DNA from: Acidobacteriota bacterium
Lineage (GTDB): Bacteria > Acidobacteriota > Blastocatellia > UBA7656
DNA: 64,000 nucleotides
Assembly: GCA_040754075.1 (NCBI GenBank)
Contig: JBFMDH010000017.1
Span: 50,585-114,584 of the forward strand
Reading direction: 5' to 3'
The translations under genes were made by a program, and so were the position numbers. Every line of letters begins with the position of its first letter. The stretch's first letter is position 1. The notes beneath the pieces are model-generated. The model had not been told where the DNA came from. It did no database searches and saw nothing but the letters and a program-made list of their open reading frames with translations. This document shows positions 1 through 11,408 of this stretch, piece after piece.

Positions 1-96
1 GGCGAAGAAAATATTGCCAAAGATATTTACGAAGCGTTGGAACGCGCCGAGTTGATTCTGGAAAATACCCAGATAGAAAGGACGCGACACGATTAA
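1..96 (+). CDS. partial CDS: last 31 codons of a gene that runs off the 5' edge; function not assignable
   Basis: The frame is open from base 1 to TAA at 94-96 (GEENIAKDIYEALERAELILENTQIERTRHD*). It is too short to classify. Confidence 0.3.
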   Translation, partial: GEENIAKDIYEALERAELILENTQIERTRHD

Positions 97-135
97 TTTC
101 CGTCTTTGTTTGAGCCATTATCAGTTTTTTTAGAG

Positions 136-627
136 TTAAGATTTGCTCGATTCGTAGATGAGAATTTTTTTATGCTTGGGCGTGAACCAACGCGCCAATC
201 CATAACCGATTCCCGCAAAAATGATTGCAGAGATGACAACGCCCAGTACAACCGGGTCGCCATCTTCGGAGCCTGTAGCTAAACCGAGAGCCACGCCCGT
301 ACCTGCACCTGCAAGTGTACCAATGGCTTCCTGAGTATCTTTTTTTCTTTTCACGAAGAGGTAAACTTTACGGATATTACTCTGCGAAAGATTTATTAGC
401 CTATCCCCTTTTGACAAGGTCAGGATTGTGTCATGGGCTTCAACATAATTGCCTTTGACGGTCTTTCCATCGGCAAGCTTGATAATGACATCCGCGCCTG
501 TGTCTAGTGACTGAACCGCTTGCCAGGTTTCCGAAATCTGTTGTTTTGTCTGCTGCGCCGCAACCATTTCGACATTCAACAAACAGACGACGAGCATTAA
601 AGCGATGGCAATATTATGCGCTTTCAT
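136..627 (-). CDS. hypothetical exported protein with Gly-rich (glycine-zipper-like) C-terminal membrane segments
   Basis: 163-aa ORF with a signal-like N-terminus (IAIALMLVVCLLNVEMVAAQQ) and the C-terminal stretches GTLAGAGTGVALGLATG and VISAIIFAGIGYG. No family recognised. Confidence 0.55.
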   Translation of the reverse strand: MKAHNIAIALMLVVCLLNVEMVAAQQTKQQISETWQAVQSLDTGADVIIKLADGKTVKGNYVEAHDTILTLSKGDRLINLSQSNIRKVYLFVKRKKDTQEAIGTLAGAGTGVALGLATGSEDGDPVVLGVVISAIIFAGIGYGLARWFTPKHKKILIYESSKS

Positions 628-782
628 TTTACTCCCCCTTATTCTTTAAGGTATTTGAGTCGATGAAGAGCAAGCAATATGCCAACTGAAAATATACGAA
701 AACCAAGCCGAATTCACACGATTGATAAAATTGCAGTGCAATAATATTCGGACAGATGGATTATTCAGGCAACAAGCGTTTG

Positions 783-1244
783 CTATTGCGGTTTGAAAAA
801 TAAAACCAGACCAGCGCCTGCCGCGACCAGCACAAAGCCTAACCAGAGCAGGGGATTGGGGGCTTTTGCAGGAGGGTGCAAAACCATCGAAAAAATCACG
901 TTCACCACCGGTGCGCCGCCAAACACCAGCGGCATTACATAAGTCGGAATGCCGCCCGCTTTGAAAGCATAAATAATGCAAAGCGCGCCCACCGCGCCCA
1001 ACACGCCGCCAATGGTCGCCCAGGTGACGCCGCTCGTATTGAAACCCTCTTTGATTGACCCTTGCGAGGCGAGTGAAATCACTGGCACCAAAACGCCAAT
1101 TAAAAAATAAGCGACGCCGACACAAAGCAGCGAACGCATGGGGCTTCCCAGTTTAACCTGTCCGGTGTGCAGCGACGGACCATAAAGTCCCCACGAAAGA
1201 GCAGCGCCAAGCGCGAACATAACCCAGAGCATATTTTTTTTCAT
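783..1244 (-). CDS. small polytopic membrane protein (about 5 TM; the DMT/EamA-like assignment is a guess)
   Basis: ORF 783..1310 trimmed to ATG 1244 (MKKNMLWVMFALGAALSWGLYG...); ATG 1232 is an alternative start. The 22 upstream codons are simply the translation of the GCATCAC repeat hairpin. The protein is hydrophobic throughout. Confidence 0.55.
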   Translation of the reverse strand: MKKNMLWVMFALGAALSWGLYGPSLHTGQVKLGSPMRSLLCVGVAYFLIGVLVPVISLASQGSIKEGFNTSGVTWATIGGVLGAVGALCIIYAFKAGGIPTYVMPLVFGGAPVVNVIFSMVLHPPAKAPNPLLWLGFVLVAAGAGLVLFFKPQ

Positions 1245-1273
1245 CTCCTGTTTTTTTCCTTGAAGGTTTAGAA

Positions 1274-1318
1274 AGTGATGCGTGACCGATGATGACGCAT
1301 CACGCATCACGCATCACT
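1274..1318. repeat. hairpin element with GTGATGC / GCATCAC heptamer-unit arms
   Basis: agtgatgcgtg (1274-1284) is the exact reverse complement of cacgcatcact (1308-1318). The right side is gcatcac x3 in tandem. The element lies between the stop of the propeller gene and the start of the membrane-protein gene. Confidence 0.8.
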
Positions 1319-1331
1319 CATTACTTTGTAT

Positions 1332-2855
1332 TTATTTACCGAAGCAATATAGCGCGCTTCGGGTGCGGACATAAATTTTCCCGTCGGCAAGCGCGGGTGT
1401 GGCAAAGCATTCGTCATCAAGCGCATTCACGGCTAAGACTTCCCAGTCACCTGTGGCTTGCACAACTGAAACGGTGCCATCCTGACTGATTAAATAAACC
1501 TTGTCATCCGCGCCCACAGGCGAGGCGAAATATTTATCAATTGCGCCTTTGAGTCGCCCCTGCTTGATGATTGCGCCGGTTTCCGGGTTGAACGAAATCA
1601 AAATGCCGCTGTCGTTGACCATATAGAGCACCCCTTGATAGAGCAAGGTTGAAGGCACTTGCGGAACCGGCTTGGTATATTTCCAGCGCACCGCCTTTTC
1701 CGTCATATCGCCGCGCCCGCCGAGTTTAATCGACATCAAGCCATTTTCCGAAGCCATCATGGCGCGATAGGTTTCCCATTCCGCTCTTTCAAGTTTGCCG
1801 TCACGATTGAGGTCGAATATCTGAAAATAGGCTTTATTTTTGGTGCGCTCGTCAACCCCTTCGGCAAGCGCGAGCGTTCCGTCTTTATCGGCATCGCCTT
1901 TCGCCAACGCTTCGTCAAAAGCCATGACCTTGACCTGCATGCCCTGCTGGTTTTCGGCAAAGCCCCAGCCGTTGACATACAAAATTTCGTTTTGCACGGA
2001 AGGCACGGATTTCATTTCACAGGCAAGACCGCGCACCCACCAGACCTTTTCGCCGGTCGCCACCGCATACGCCGTCAGTTGAAACGATTCGGCAATCACC
2101 AATTGCAATCCGCCGTCTTTGGGCTTGTAAAGAATCGGCGTCGAGTACCCGGAAATCACGCCGGGTCGTTTCACTCTCCATTTTTCACGCCCGGTGTTTT
2201 TATCGACTGCAATCATGAAAGAGTTGGTGTCCTGGTCGCAGGGCAAAATCACTTTGTCTTCGACGAGAATCGGTGATGCTGCCATGCCAAAGGCGCTGTT
2301 AAAAGGACCCAATGGAATGCGCCATTTCTCTTTGCCATCTTTGTTATAAGCGAGCAAGCCAAAATCCTGAAAGAAGACAAAGACATTTTGTCCATCGGTC
2401 ACAGGGCTGGGCGAAGCCGGGTTATTGGGTTTCTGTAAAAAATTTTCGCGCGGGCGCGGGGCTTCTTTTTTCCAGAGCAACTTTCCGGTTTTGCGGTCGA
2501 GCGCAATCGTGAACAGGTGGGTGCCTTCAAAACCGGTGACAAAGATTTTATCCGTGCCTAAAACCGGCGATGAATGTCCCTGCGGCAAAGGGGTTTTCCA
2601 GAGCACATTTTTTTGGGGATTGAATTCAACAGGCAAATTTTTTGTCGCCGAGATGCCGCTGCCATTGGGCCCGCGAAATTGCGACCACTCCTGCGCTGTT
2701 GCTTTGTTTGTATCAAAAAGGAAAATCGAAATAACGATAAGGAAAGAAGCGGTGACGTGGTGAAGCAGTGAAGCAGTGAAGGATTTTATTTCTCCCCTTC
2801 TCCCCTTCTCCTCTTCTCCTCTTCTCAGCATTTGTGACGCCAATTTTTTCTTCAT
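1332..2855 (-). CDS. PQQ-like (BamB/YVTN-type) beta-propeller repeat protein with an inserted EF-hand pair; exported
   Basis: 507-aa ORF with repeated propeller-blade motifs (LWKxxL, KWR, GKIYV-type). It has two DxDxDG calcium loops (DADKDGTL, DLNRDGKL) and a hydrophobic signal segment (ASFLIVISIFLF...ATAQE). The start is uncertain because codons 10-23 are encoded by a tandem-repeat block. Confidence 0.75.
   Translation of the reverse strand: MKKKLASQMLRRGEEEKGRRGEIKSFTASLLHHVTASFLIVISIFLFDTNKATAQEWSQFRGPNGSGISATKNLPVEFNPQKNVLWKTPLPQGHSSPVLGTDKIFVTGFEGTHLFTIALDRKTGKLLWKKEAPRPRENFLQKPNNPASPSPVTDGQNVFVFFQDFGLLAYNKDGKEKWRIPLGPFNSAFGMAASPILVEDKVILPCDQDTNSFMIAVDKNTGREKWRVKRPGVISGYSTPILYKPKDGGLQLVIAESFQLTAYAVATGEKVWWVRGLACEMKSVPSVQNEILYVNGWGFAENQQGMQVKVMAFDEALAKGDADKDGTLALAEGVDERTKNKAYFQIFDLNRDGKLERAEWETYRAMMASENGLMSIKLGGRGDMTEKAVRWKYTKPVPQVPSTLLYQGVLYMVNDSGILISFNPETGAIIKQGRLKGAIDKYFASPVGADDKVYLISQDGTVSVVQATGDWEVLAVNALDDECFATPALADGKIYVRTRSALYCFGK
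2757..2826. repeat. composite tandem 8-mer block (gtgaagca x3, then tctcccct/tctcctct x4) inside the 5' end of the propeller ORF
   Basis: Read directly: gtgaagcagtgaagcagtgaagg-attttatt-tctccccttctccccttctcctcttctcctcttctc. The purine-rich strand resembles the left arm of the element at 11409-11555. Confidence 0.8.
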
Positions 2856-2867
2856 AAGAAGCCTCGC

Positions 2868-5800
2868 TTAAAACACGATTCGCAGCCCCAGTTGAATCTG
2901 TCTTGCGGAAGTCACGGTCGAGCGAATGCGCCCGAAAGTTGCCAGCGGTTTTTCATTGTCTGCGGCTCCCGCAAAGGCAATCAAACTCGGTGCCCCGAAA
3001 TTCGTCCGATTGAACAGATTGAACGCTTCGACGCGCAATTGAATGTTGCCACTGTCGCCAAGCCATGACACCCGCGTGTTTTTTACGGCTGACAAATCGA
3101 AGGTTCGGAGGTTCGGTCCCGTGAACGTGTTGCGCCCTATATTGCCCAAAGTTCCTGCCGCTTGCAACACGAATGCTGCGGGATTGAAGTATTGATTGGG
3201 ATTGCCGGTCACTGCGGTTTGGTGTGTAAAACCGGGCGCAAGGCTTGGACGGTCAAAGCCGATGCCGGGCGCTTGCGAGGGCGACCATTGCGAACGCGAA
3301 CGATTGCGCGACACAAAAACGGTGAGCGGATTGCCGCTTCGCCTGTTGCTGATGCCGACCAGTTGCCAGCCATCTAAAAGTTTTCCGGTCAAACCTGCTT
3401 TGCCCTTAGCAAACGGCAAAGCCCAGATGAAATTGACTACCCAGTTATGTTTCGCATGAAAATCGGCGAGTCCTTTGTTGTACTGAAAACCGGGAAATTC
3501 CGGGAAAGCCGAAACCGAGCCGGTGGTTGAATCCGAGAAGAAGGTCGAAGCTTGCGTGGTGTCAAGCGTGCGCGAGAAGGTATAAGAAGATTGAAATTCG
3601 AGTCCCGCGCTCCAGCGTTTGCGCACTTCAAAAATCAAAGCGTTATACCACGAATTGCCATCGCTCTTTTTGAGTTCGATAGTTGAAAACGCCGTGTTCG
3701 GTCGCGCTTGTCCAACCGGAAAAAAGAGCGTACCGTCCGGCAGGCGTTGCGGCGTCGGAATATTAGCATCGGTGTTTCTCAGCAAATGAATGCCACGCGC
3801 CCCCGCATAACCAAGGGTCACCACCGTGTTGAACCAGAGTTCGCGTTGCAGATTCAAATTGTAGATGCTCGCATAGGGATTTTTTAAATTGTACTCGACC
3901 GGACGAATCGAATTGCCGATGCCGCGTTCAAACGGCGGATTGGGAAATGTCGGATTGGCAATGATGATGCGCGGCGTTGCCGGTGGATTGGTAACCGTGA
4001 CAATCAGGTTCTGTTGATTGTTGGTGTTGAAATAGATGCCATAGCCGCCGCGTAAACTCATCTTGCCATCGCCGAATAAATCCCAGGCGAATCCAAGTCG
4101 CGGCGAAATATTTTTCCTGGTCGGATTTTTATAAAGCTCGCCGACGGTGGGCGCGGGGTCGCTTAAATTGATGAGCGCGGAATCGCGTCCGTAAAGGTCA
4201 ACCGGCATAGTCGCGGCTTCGTATCGCAAACCGAGATTCAGGGTGAGGCGCGGGCTGATGCGAAAATCGTCCTGCGCAAAAAAACCAAAGAGCGTGAAGC
4301 GCCAGTAACGGTCGAGCGCGCCTTGCGGTGGAAGCCCTAAAAATCGCTGCGGGCGATTTTCCAGAAATGAACGCAAATCCGGGAAGGTATAAATGCCGAG
4401 CGAAAAAGTCGGATTGACCATGTTGTCTTGATAACGCTCGATGAGTTCGCCAAATTTCAAATTGTGTCGTCCGCGCGTGTAAGCAAAGTGGTGTTCAAAA
4501 CTGAAAACATTTTGTACGAGTGTGACATTCACGGATGATTGCGGCCCGAAACGCGGCATCCCGCCAATGTCTATGTCGCCGACGAGTCTGCCCGGAACAA
4601 AGGGTTGCAATGGCGTTGTCGTGTTTGCCTGTACATCTTGCCCGATGTGCGTGCGACTGAAGCCGCCGCGAAAGGTGTGAATCGTAAGCGGTGAAGTCAC
4701 CCAGTCATGTTGCAAGGTAGCGAATTGATTGCGCGACAGGAACGAACGCGGAAATTGCGGAAAGTCGGTCGGCAAAAACTGGTCTGCATCATCGAAGGTG
4801 TAACGAATGAACGAGCGATTGAAATCATTGAAAGCATGATCAACTCTGCTTTGCAAGAAATGCTGGTCAACCGTTTGATTGAAACCGAAATTGAAAGCCG
4901 CCAGCCCGCCGCCTAAATTCGCGCCATTGGCTCGCGGAATTTCGTTGAGGTAGGGCACAACCACCGGATTGATATTGACGGTGATAGTTTGAGCAGGGTT
5001 TGCGGGGTTAGGCAGAATGCCGCGTCGCGCATTGTCATCGGGAACGACGGACGAGATAGTTTTTCCGAGCCGTTCAATTAAAGCTTCATAGCCGAAAAAG
5101 AAGAAGGTTTTATCGCGTTTGATGGGACCACCGAAAATGCCGCCGAATTGATTACGTTTAAAGTCAGGTTTTCGTGTCGGGTCAAAAAAATTGCGCGCAT
5201 CGAAATTATCATTGCGCAGAAATTCAAAAAGCGTCCCGTGAAATTCATTCGTCCCGGCTTTGGAAACCGCATTGATTTGCCCGCCGAAATTGCGCCCGAA
5301 CTCGGCGCTGTAAGAATTCGACTCGACGCGAAATTCCTGAATGGTTTCGACTCCGAGTACGGTGTTGGCGGCGCTGCCGGCAGGACCATTCGTAAAATCA
5401 TTTTGCACGGTGCCATCGATCAAATAAACATTCGAGCGCAAATCCTGCCCGTTGACGCTTGTGCCAAGTCCGTGCGCCACAATCGAGCCGCCATCACGAT
5501 TGGGAAAAGCGATGACGCCGGGTTGCAACAAAGCAAGGTCAGTATAGTTTCTGCCATTCAAGGGCAATTCCCGGATAGCGCGTTCATTGACAAGGTAGCT
5601 GAGTTCCGGCGTTTGCGTATTGACCAAAGGCGTGTTGCTGGTGTCGTCGATAGTAACCTTCTCTTCAACCCCGGAGGGTTCCAACGCCACATTAACCACT
5701 GCCGTTTCACCCAGCGTTAAAACGATGTCTTTGCGCGACCAGGATTTGAATCCGCGCTGTTCGGCGCGAATCTCATAACGCCCGACGCGCATCTCCTGAA

Positions 5801-6029
5801 AGGTGAACCGACCCTCGTCGTCGCTTTGCGTGGCGCGCGTGAAATTGGTGTCAATACTGCGCGCCGTGATCTTTGCGCCTGCAACAACCGCGCCGGTTTG
5901 ATCCGCCACCACCCCTGTAATGGAACTGGTGGTTTGCGCAAAGCCATTCAGGGCGAAGAGATTGCCAACCAGAAAACCGATGATAAAAAAATGTGAAAAA
6001 AGGCGGGAACAAAATTTTGTGTACAACAT
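2868..6029 (-). CDS. TonB-dependent receptor with N-terminal carboxypeptidase-regulatory-like domain
   Basis: 1053 aa with a signal peptide (FALNGFAQT). It has a CarboxypepD_reg-like segment ([22 protein letters not shown]...[25 protein letters not shown]), a long beta-barrel-like body and an aromatic C-terminus (LRIVF). Confidence 0.85.
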   Translation of the reverse strand: MLYTKFCSRLFSHFFIIGFLVGNLFALNGFAQTTSSITGVVADQTGAVVAGAKITARSIDTNFTRATQSDDEGRFTFQEMRVGRYEIRAEQRGFKSWSRKDIVLTLGETAVVNVALEPSGVEEKVTIDDTSNTPLVNTQTPELSYLVNERAIRELPLNGRNYTDLALLQPGVIAFPNRDGGSIVAHGLGTSVNGQDLRSNVYLIDGTVQNDFTNGPAGSAANTVLGVETIQEFRVESNSYSAEFGRNFGGQINAVSKAGTNEFHGTLFEFLRNDNFDARNFFDPTRKPDFKRNQFGGIFGGPIKRDKTFFFFGYEALIERLGKTISSVVPDDNARRGILPNPANPAQTITVNINPVVVPYLNEIPRANGANLGGGLAAFNFGFNQTVDQHFLQSRVDHAFNDFNRSFIRYTFDDADQFLPTDFPQFPRSFLSRNQFATLQHDWVTSPLTIHTFRGGFSRTHIGQDVQANTTTPLQPFVPGRLVGDIDIGGMPRFGPQSSVNVTLVQNVFSFEHHFAYTRGRHNLKFGELIERYQDNMVNPTFSLGIYTFPDLRSFLENRPQRFLGLPPQGALDRYWRFTLFGFFAQDDFRISPRLTLNLGLRYEAATMPVDLYGRDSALINLSDPAPTVGELYKNPTRKNISPRLGFAWDLFGDGKMSLRGGYGIYFNTNNQQNLIVTVTNPPATPRIIIANPTFPNPPFERGIGNSIRPVEYNLKNPYASIYNLNLQRELWFNTVVTLGYAGARGIHLLRNTDANIPTPQRLPDGTLFFPVGQARPNTAFSTIELKKSDGNSWYNALIFEVRKRWSAGLEFQSSYTFSRTLDTTQASTFFSDSTTGSVSAFPEFPGFQYNKGLADFHAKHNWVVNFIWALPFAKGKAGLTGKLLDGWQLVGISNRRSGNPLTVFVSRNRSRSQWSPSQAPGIGFDRPSLAPGFTHQTAVTGNPNQYFNPAAFVLQAAGTLGNIGRNTFTGPNLRTFDLSAVKNTRVSWLGDSGNIQLRVEAFNLFNRTNFGAPSLIAFAGAADNEKPLATFGRIRSTVTSARQIQLGLRIVF

Positions 6030-6165
6030 GGCTATCGCTGACTTTCCTTCAGTAAGTTTTAAGGTTGGAGTCTAATGAGATTCCATTCTACCAACCGCTA
6101 CCACCCGTTGCAATTTGCCGCTGTGACGTGCAATAGTACGCAGGCAACCAGCCAACAGTTACGAA

Positions 6166-6423
6166 ATGCCTATGAAAAAAGCTTGGCTCACGCTTCTCGT
6201 TGTCGTGCTGTATGTGCTGCATCAGGACTTCTGGTTCTGGCGCGATGCCCGCCCATTGGCTTTCGGTTTTCTTCCCGTCGGCATTTTTTATCACGCCATT
6301 TATACGCTTGCGGTGTCAGCAGTGATGTGGGTGTTAATCCGCGAGGCTTGGCCTGCGCACCTCGAAGAAGAGGTTGAGCAGGAAATGTCTTTACATCAAC
6401 GCGAGGAGGAAGACGCGCGTTGA
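6166..6423 (+). CDS. DUF3311-like small membrane protein, the usual companion of SSS transporters
   Basis: 85 aa with two TM segments and an acidic tail. Its stop TGA (6421-6423) overlaps the TTG start of the downstream symporter (TTGA). Confidence 0.65.
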   Translation: MPMKKAWLTLLVVVLYVLHQDFWFWRDARPLAFGFLPVGIFYHAIYTLAVSAVMWVLIREAWPAHLEEEVEQEMSLHQREEEDAR

Positions 6424-8051
6424 TTGCTGCAATATTTGTTTTCGCTTATCTTGCCGTCGTCCTCTACATCGGCATCTTCGCCTTTCGCAAATCGAAAGAC
6501 CGCGCCGAAGACTATTTCCTTGCCAATCGTTCGCTCGGTCAATATGTCTTCCTGCTGTCGCTTTTCGGCACTAACATGACGGCGTTTGCGATACTCGGTT
6601 CATCGGGTCATGCGTTCAACAATGGCATTGTGACTTATGGACTGATGGCGTCATCGTCGGCGCTCATCATTCCGCTTTCACTTTTTTTTATTGGCACACG
6701 CATATGGGCACTCGGCAAACGGCAAGGCTTCATTACCTCTGTGCAGATGTTTCGCGACCGCTGGGAATGTTCGCACATCGGCACGGTAATATTTGCCGTG
6801 CAGGCTGTATTTTTAGTGCCTTACATCATCATCGGGGTGATGGGCGGGGGCACGGCTCTAAGCGCGATTAGCGGCGGGCGCGTGCCCTTCTGGTTCGGCG
6901 GCGCATTGGTTGCGGCAGTGGTGATGTGCTACGTGTTTTTCGGCGGAATGCGCGGCACTGCATGGGTGAATACCTTTCAAACGACGCTCTTTTTATGCTT
7001 CGGAGCCATCGCCTTTATGGTGATTGGCGCAGGGATGGGCGGCTTTGGTGAATCCGTTGAAGCGATGCTCGCTTCGCCTGCAACCGCGCCGCTGATGACC
7101 CGCGAACGGGTCGCGCCCCTTTTCTTTTTGAGCTACACTTTCATTCCGCTCTCATCCATCAACTTTCCGCATATGACCATGTTTTGTCTGACCGCAAAGA
7201 AGATGAGTCAGTTCAAAAAGACCATTCTTTTTTATCCGATTTGCATGATTGTGTTGTGGGTTCCATGCGTGTTTTTAGGGGTGATGGCAAATCGTTTGAC
7301 CGATGCGCCGCAGATTCAACAGAAACTCGAAGCGCGCCGCCAGCTTGCAATCGAAGGCGCGCGAATGACCCCTGAAGAACGCAACCAGGTGCGCGCCAAA
7401 ACCAATGCCGATGATGTGTTGCTGGTGATGCTTGAACGCTTCGCGCCTTTGTGGCTTGCCGGACTTCTCGGCGCAGGCATTATGGCGGCGGTGATGGCGA
7501 GCGATTCACAAATTCTCGCGCTGTCGACCATGTTTACCGAAGACGTATTTGCGTTTTATGGCGGCAAGCGGCGATTCGGCGAACATGTGCAGATTCAAAC
7601 CGGGCGGGTGTTCATCATCCTCATTACCATTTTCGCTTACATCATCGCGCTACGCTCACCGCAGGCGATTTTTGATCTCGCGGTGCAGTATGCCTTTTCG
7701 GGTTATTCAGCGTTGATGCCGTTACTAATTGGCGCGCTGTTTTGGAAAGGCAGCACCAAATGGGGCGCGCTTGCGTCAACCTTGTGGGCGTTTTTTGCGG
7801 TCGCGGCAGTTGCCGTCTTTCAAGCCAGTATGCCGACGCCCGCGCCCGGCCCGCCTGTGGTTGTGTGGTCAGTGGGCGGCGTTGAAATTTTATCGCGCAC
7901 CGCTGGCGGCACCGCCGTTTTTGGACTCATGCCTGTGGTGCCGATGGTCATCATCTCTGCGCTGTTGATGTTTGTGGTTTCCAAACTCACAGCCAAACCG
8001 AGTGCAGCGACTCTTGCGCGTTACTTTTCACGACGCGAAGAAATGGTGTAG
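6420..8051 (+). CDS. sodium:solute symporter (SSS) family transporter
   Basis: 543 aa with about 13 TM segments. The N-terminus ([19 protein letters not shown]) is typical of the SSS family. TTG start overlaps the DUF3311 stop. Confidence 0.8.
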   Translation: MIAAIFVFAYLAVVLYIGIFAFRKSKDRAEDYFLANRSLGQYVFLLSLFGTNMTAFAILGSSGHAFNNGIVTYGLMASSSALIIPLSLFFIGTRIWALGKRQGFITSVQMFRDRWECSHIGTVIFAVQAVFLVPYIIIGVMGGGTALSAISGGRVPFWFGGALVAAVVMCYVFFGGMRGTAWVNTFQTTLFLCFGAIAFMVIGAGMGGFGESVEAMLASPATAPLMTRERVAPLFFLSYTFIPLSSINFPHMTMFCLTAKKMSQFKKTILFYPICMIVLWVPCVFLGVMANRLTDAPQIQQKLEARRQLAIEGARMTPEERNQVRAKTNADDVLLVMLERFAPLWLAGLLGAGIMAAVMASDSQILALSTMFTEDVFAFYGGKRRFGEHVQIQTGRVFIILITIFAYIIALRSPQAIFDLAVQYAFSGYSALMPLLIGALFWKGSTKWGALASTLWAFFAVAAVAVFQASMPTPAPGPPVVVWSVGGVEILSRTAGGTAVFGLMPVVPMVIISALLMFVVSKLTAKPSAATLARYFSRREEMV

Positions 8052-8108
8052 CATCACGGCGGCTTTCAGTGGAATGGCAGTAAAAATCCAATTTTCGCTT
8101 TCTATCAA

Positions 8109-9473
8109 TTGCTTATGACTTCAACGGACATGCCTGAAAATGCGCCACGCCTGACCAGTGTTCAATGGCTGATTTGCATCATCGCAGTTATCGGTTTTGC
8201 CTTTGACACTTATGAATTGTTGATGTTGCCGTTGATTATTCGTCCGGCGTTAGAAGGCTTGGGCGGATTGCAATTCGGCACCGCGAATTACAATTTCTGG
8301 CGCGATTTGTTTTTTTATGTACCGGCGGTGAGCGGCGGCATCTTTGGACTCTTGGGCGGTTATTTGACTGACCGCTTGGGGCGTCGCCGCGTGCTCACCT
8401 GGAGCATTCTGGTTTACGCCATCTCAGCATTCGCTGCCGGTTTTTCAACCTCACTGCCAATGCTGCTCTTTTTGCGCTGCACCACTTTTATCGGTGTGTG
8501 CGTCGAATTCGTCGCGGCGGTGGCGTGGCTTGCAGAGTTGTTTTCGCATCCCAAACAGCGTGAAGCGGTGCTCGGTTACACGCAGGCGTTCTCATCGTTT
8601 GGCGGCGTGATGGTGAGCGGCGTCGCTTACCTGATTGCCACTTCATTGAATTCGCTTCCGGCAATTTACGGCGAACATGCAAGCTGGCGTTACCTGTTAA
8701 TTTCGGGACTCATTCCGGCGATTCCCTTGATTTTCATTCGTCCGTTTTTGCCTGAATCCCCGGTGTGGAAAGAGAAACGCGCCGCCGGTACGCTCAAACG
8801 TCCAAGCATTGCGCAGCTTTTCAAACCCGAATACCGCCGCACTACGATTATCACGGCGATTATGTTTGCCTGTAGTCTGGGCGCGGCATTCGGCGCGATT
8901 CAACAGATTCCGCAAATTGTTCCGGCACTCGTGCCTGTGGATGCCAGTATGCCGCCGCCTGAACGGGGACGCATCATCGCCGCGACGGTTTCCGGTGTGC
9001 AGCTGTGGCAAGAGATGGGCGGACTTGTCGGGCGTTTCGCGCTCGCCTACCTTGCGGTTCATATTTTATCGCGCCGCAAATTGATTCGCGTCTTTTTACT
9101 GCCGGGAATAATTCTTGTGCCACTGGTGTTCATCTTTCCGGCGGTGAGCAATCTTGGTGTGCTTAAATGGGGCATGTTCGTTGCAGGTTTCTTAACCGTT
9201 GCCCAACTCAGTTTCTGGGGCAATTATCTGCCGCGTGTGTACCCGACGCATTTACGCGGCACCGGTGAAAGTTTTGCAGCCAATATTGGCGGACGCATGA
9301 TTGGCGCATCAGCGCCGCTACTGACCACACAAATCGCTGCGACAATGCCGGGCGATACACCTGCAAAACATCTGGCGTATGCCGCAGCGGCAGTGGCGTT
9401 TCTGGTTTATGGCATTAATCTGGCGCTCAGCTTCAAACTGCCTGAACCGGCGAAAGAAGAGTTACCTGAATAA
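8109..9473 (+). CDS. MFS transporter
   Basis: 454 aa, 12-TM pattern, MFS motif A (GGYLTDRLGRRRVL). Start is TTG 8109 or ATG 8115. Confidence 0.8.
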   Translation: MLMTSTDMPENAPRLTSVQWLICIIAVIGFAFDTYELLMLPLIIRPALEGLGGLQFGTANYNFWRDLFFYVPAVSGGIFGLLGGYLTDRLGRRRVLTWSILVYAISAFAAGFSTSLPMLLFLRCTTFIGVCVEFVAAVAWLAELFSHPKQREAVLGYTQAFSSFGGVMVSGVAYLIATSLNSLPAIYGEHASWRYLLISGLIPAIPLIFIRPFLPESPVWKEKRAAGTLKRPSIAQLFKPEYRRTTIITAIMFACSLGAAFGAIQQIPQIVPALVPVDASMPPPERGRIIAATVSGVQLWQEMGGLVGRFALAYLAVHILSRRKLIRVFLLPGIILVPLVFIFPAVSNLGVLKWGMFVAGFLTVAQLSFWGNYLPRVYPTHLRGTGESFAANIGGRMIGASAPLLTTQIAATMPGDTPAKHLAYAAAAVAFLVYGINLALSFKLPEPAKEELPE

Positions 9474-9492
9474 TATTTTGGCAGAAGATTTA

Positions 9493-9531
9493 GAGCGTAC
9501 GGAACAAACGGAAATAACCGAACAGACGGAA
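9493..9531. repeat. half or decayed copy of the CGGAACAAA/CGGAAATAA tandem-unit element
   Basis: gagcgtacggaacaaacggaaataaccgaacagacggaag closely matches the left arms at 23050 and 58493. The expected right arm (about 9545-9580) is T-rich but degenerate. Confidence 0.65.
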
Positions 9532-9956
9532 GTTGAAAAAAAGTTTTCGATTTACTGTGTTTTGTATTTGAACTGCATACATCAAGAATTGGTCTTCAAC
9601 AAATGGTGTGCAAATGATGCACATTGTGTTAAACTGCGGCGTCGTTAAAACTGTGTGAAAGTAATTTGAAACCGCACAGTAATAACTGACGTAAGCGAAT
9701 TTGCAGTCAACATTCAACAGGGTTTCCGATACATAAGGTTGCTGCAAAATTGATTCAACAAAAAAACTGGTGAATCTGATGAAGTCAATGGAAATGTTTT
9801 GATTCCAACCGAATAGTTCTCGCCCAAGAAATTTTTTTCCAATTATAAGTCTTCGTGTGTTCAGGCGACGAGCAGGCACAGCGTTTTTCTCTCTCGCGTG
9901 AGCCTTTCAACACGATTTTTCATACGCTCACAGGCGTTTATCAAAGCGAGGTTTAA

Positions 9957-11408
9957 ATGAATTACCCTGAAGAAACACAAGTCATGGAAGTGGCTGAGAC
10001 CACTACGCATACGGCGCATAAAAAGAGCGGCATACTGGCAACCTTGCGGGAAGCCATTCTCGGTTCACGTCAGGATTTCACCGAAGGCAGTATCAGGCGG
10101 GCAGTGGTTTTGCTTTCGATTCCCATGATTTTAGAAATGTTGATGGAATCGCTGTTCGGCGTGGTTGACGCTTTCTGGGTTGCCAAACTCGGAGCCGATG
10201 CGGTTGCCGCCGTCGGCATCACCGAATCCATGCTCTCACTGGTTTTTACCGTGGCGATGGGACTCAGCACCGCGGTGATTGCGACGGTTGCGCGACGCAT
10301 CGGTGAAAAAGACCCGGAAGGCGCATCCGCCACCGCTGCACAAGCCATCTTTATCGCCATCCTGGTTTCGATTCCGATCAGCCTTATCGGGATTTTCTTC
10401 ACCCCCAAACTGTTTCATTTGATGGGCGCAAGTGAAGGCATCATCACAACCGGCGCAGGATATGGTCGGGTCATACTGGGCGCAAATGTGATTATCATGC
10501 TGTTGTTTTTATTGAACGCAGTGTTTCGCGGTTCGGGTGATGCGGCAATCGCCATGCGGGTGTTGTGGGTCGCCAACATTATCAACATCATCCTGGTTCC
10601 GTTGTTTGTTTTCGGTTGGGGTCCGTTTCCTCAACTCGGCGTAATGGGTTCAGCCGTGGCAACCAGCATCGGTCGCGGCACTGGCGTATTGATTCAACTC
10701 TACTTTTTAATGAGTGGCAATGCGCGTGTGCATATCCGACCGAGTCAATTGCGAATCAAGCCTGATGTATTGATAAAACTTTTCCGCTTGTCGCTCGGCG
10801 GCATGTTTCAGATATTGGTTGCGACTTCAAGCTGGATTGGACTGGTGCGCATCATCGCGACCTTCGGCGCAGCAGCGGTTGCCGGATACACCATTGCCAT
10901 ACGCATCGTTATCTTTTCCATCTTGCCGTCGTTTGGCATGTGCATGGCGGCGGCAACGCTGGTTGGACAAAATCTCGGCGCGCATAAACCTGAACGCGCC
11001 GAAAAATCTGTCTGGATGACCGGACATTTGAATGCGGTTTATATGGTGAGCATCGCGCTGGTGTATGTTTTGTTCGCCGAAAGCTTGATTGGCATCTTCA
11101 TCAACGACCCGGAAGTGATTCCCTTTGGCGTGAATTGTTTGCGCTATCTGGCATTCGGTTATTTGTTTTATGCCTATGGCATGGTGGTTGTGCAATCGTT
11201 TAACGGAGCGGGCGACACCACAACGCCAACCTATATCAATCTGTTTTGTCACTGGTTGTTTCAGATACCGCTCGCCTATTTGTTGGCAACGAGAACGTCG
11301 CTTGGCACCAAAGGCGTGTTCATCGCCATTGCCTTAGCGGAATCTATGGTCGCCGTCGTCGGCATCCTGCTTTTCCGTCGCGGCAAGTGGAAGACGCGGA
11401 AGGTCTAG
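9957..11408 (+). CDS. MATE family efflux transporter
   Basis: 483 aa with 12 TM segments. The N-terminal region ([35 protein letters not shown]) is typical of the NorM/DinF-like MATE family. Confidence 0.85.
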   Translation: MNYPEETQVMEVAETTTHTAHKKSGILATLREAILGSRQDFTEGSIRRAVVLLSIPMILEMLMESLFGVVDAFWVAKLGADAVAAVGITESMLSLVFTVAMGLSTAVIATVARRIGEKDPEGASATAAQAIFIAILVSIPISLIGIFFTPKLFHLMGASEGIITTGAGYGRVILGANVIIMLLFLLNAVFRGSGDAAIAMRVLWVANIINIILVPLFVFGWGPFPQLGVMGSAVATSIGRGTGVLIQLYFLMSGNARVHIRPSQLRIKPDVLIKLFRLSLGGMFQILVATSSWIGLVRIIATFGAAAVAGYTIAIRIVIFSILPSFGMCMAAATLVGQNLGAHKPERAEKSVWMTGHLNAVYMVSIALVYVLFAESLIGIFINDPEVIPFGVNCLRYLAFGYLFYAYGMVVVQSFNGAGDTTTPTYINLFCHWLFQIPLAYLLATRTSLGTKGVFIAIALAESMVAVVGILLFRRGKWKTRKV

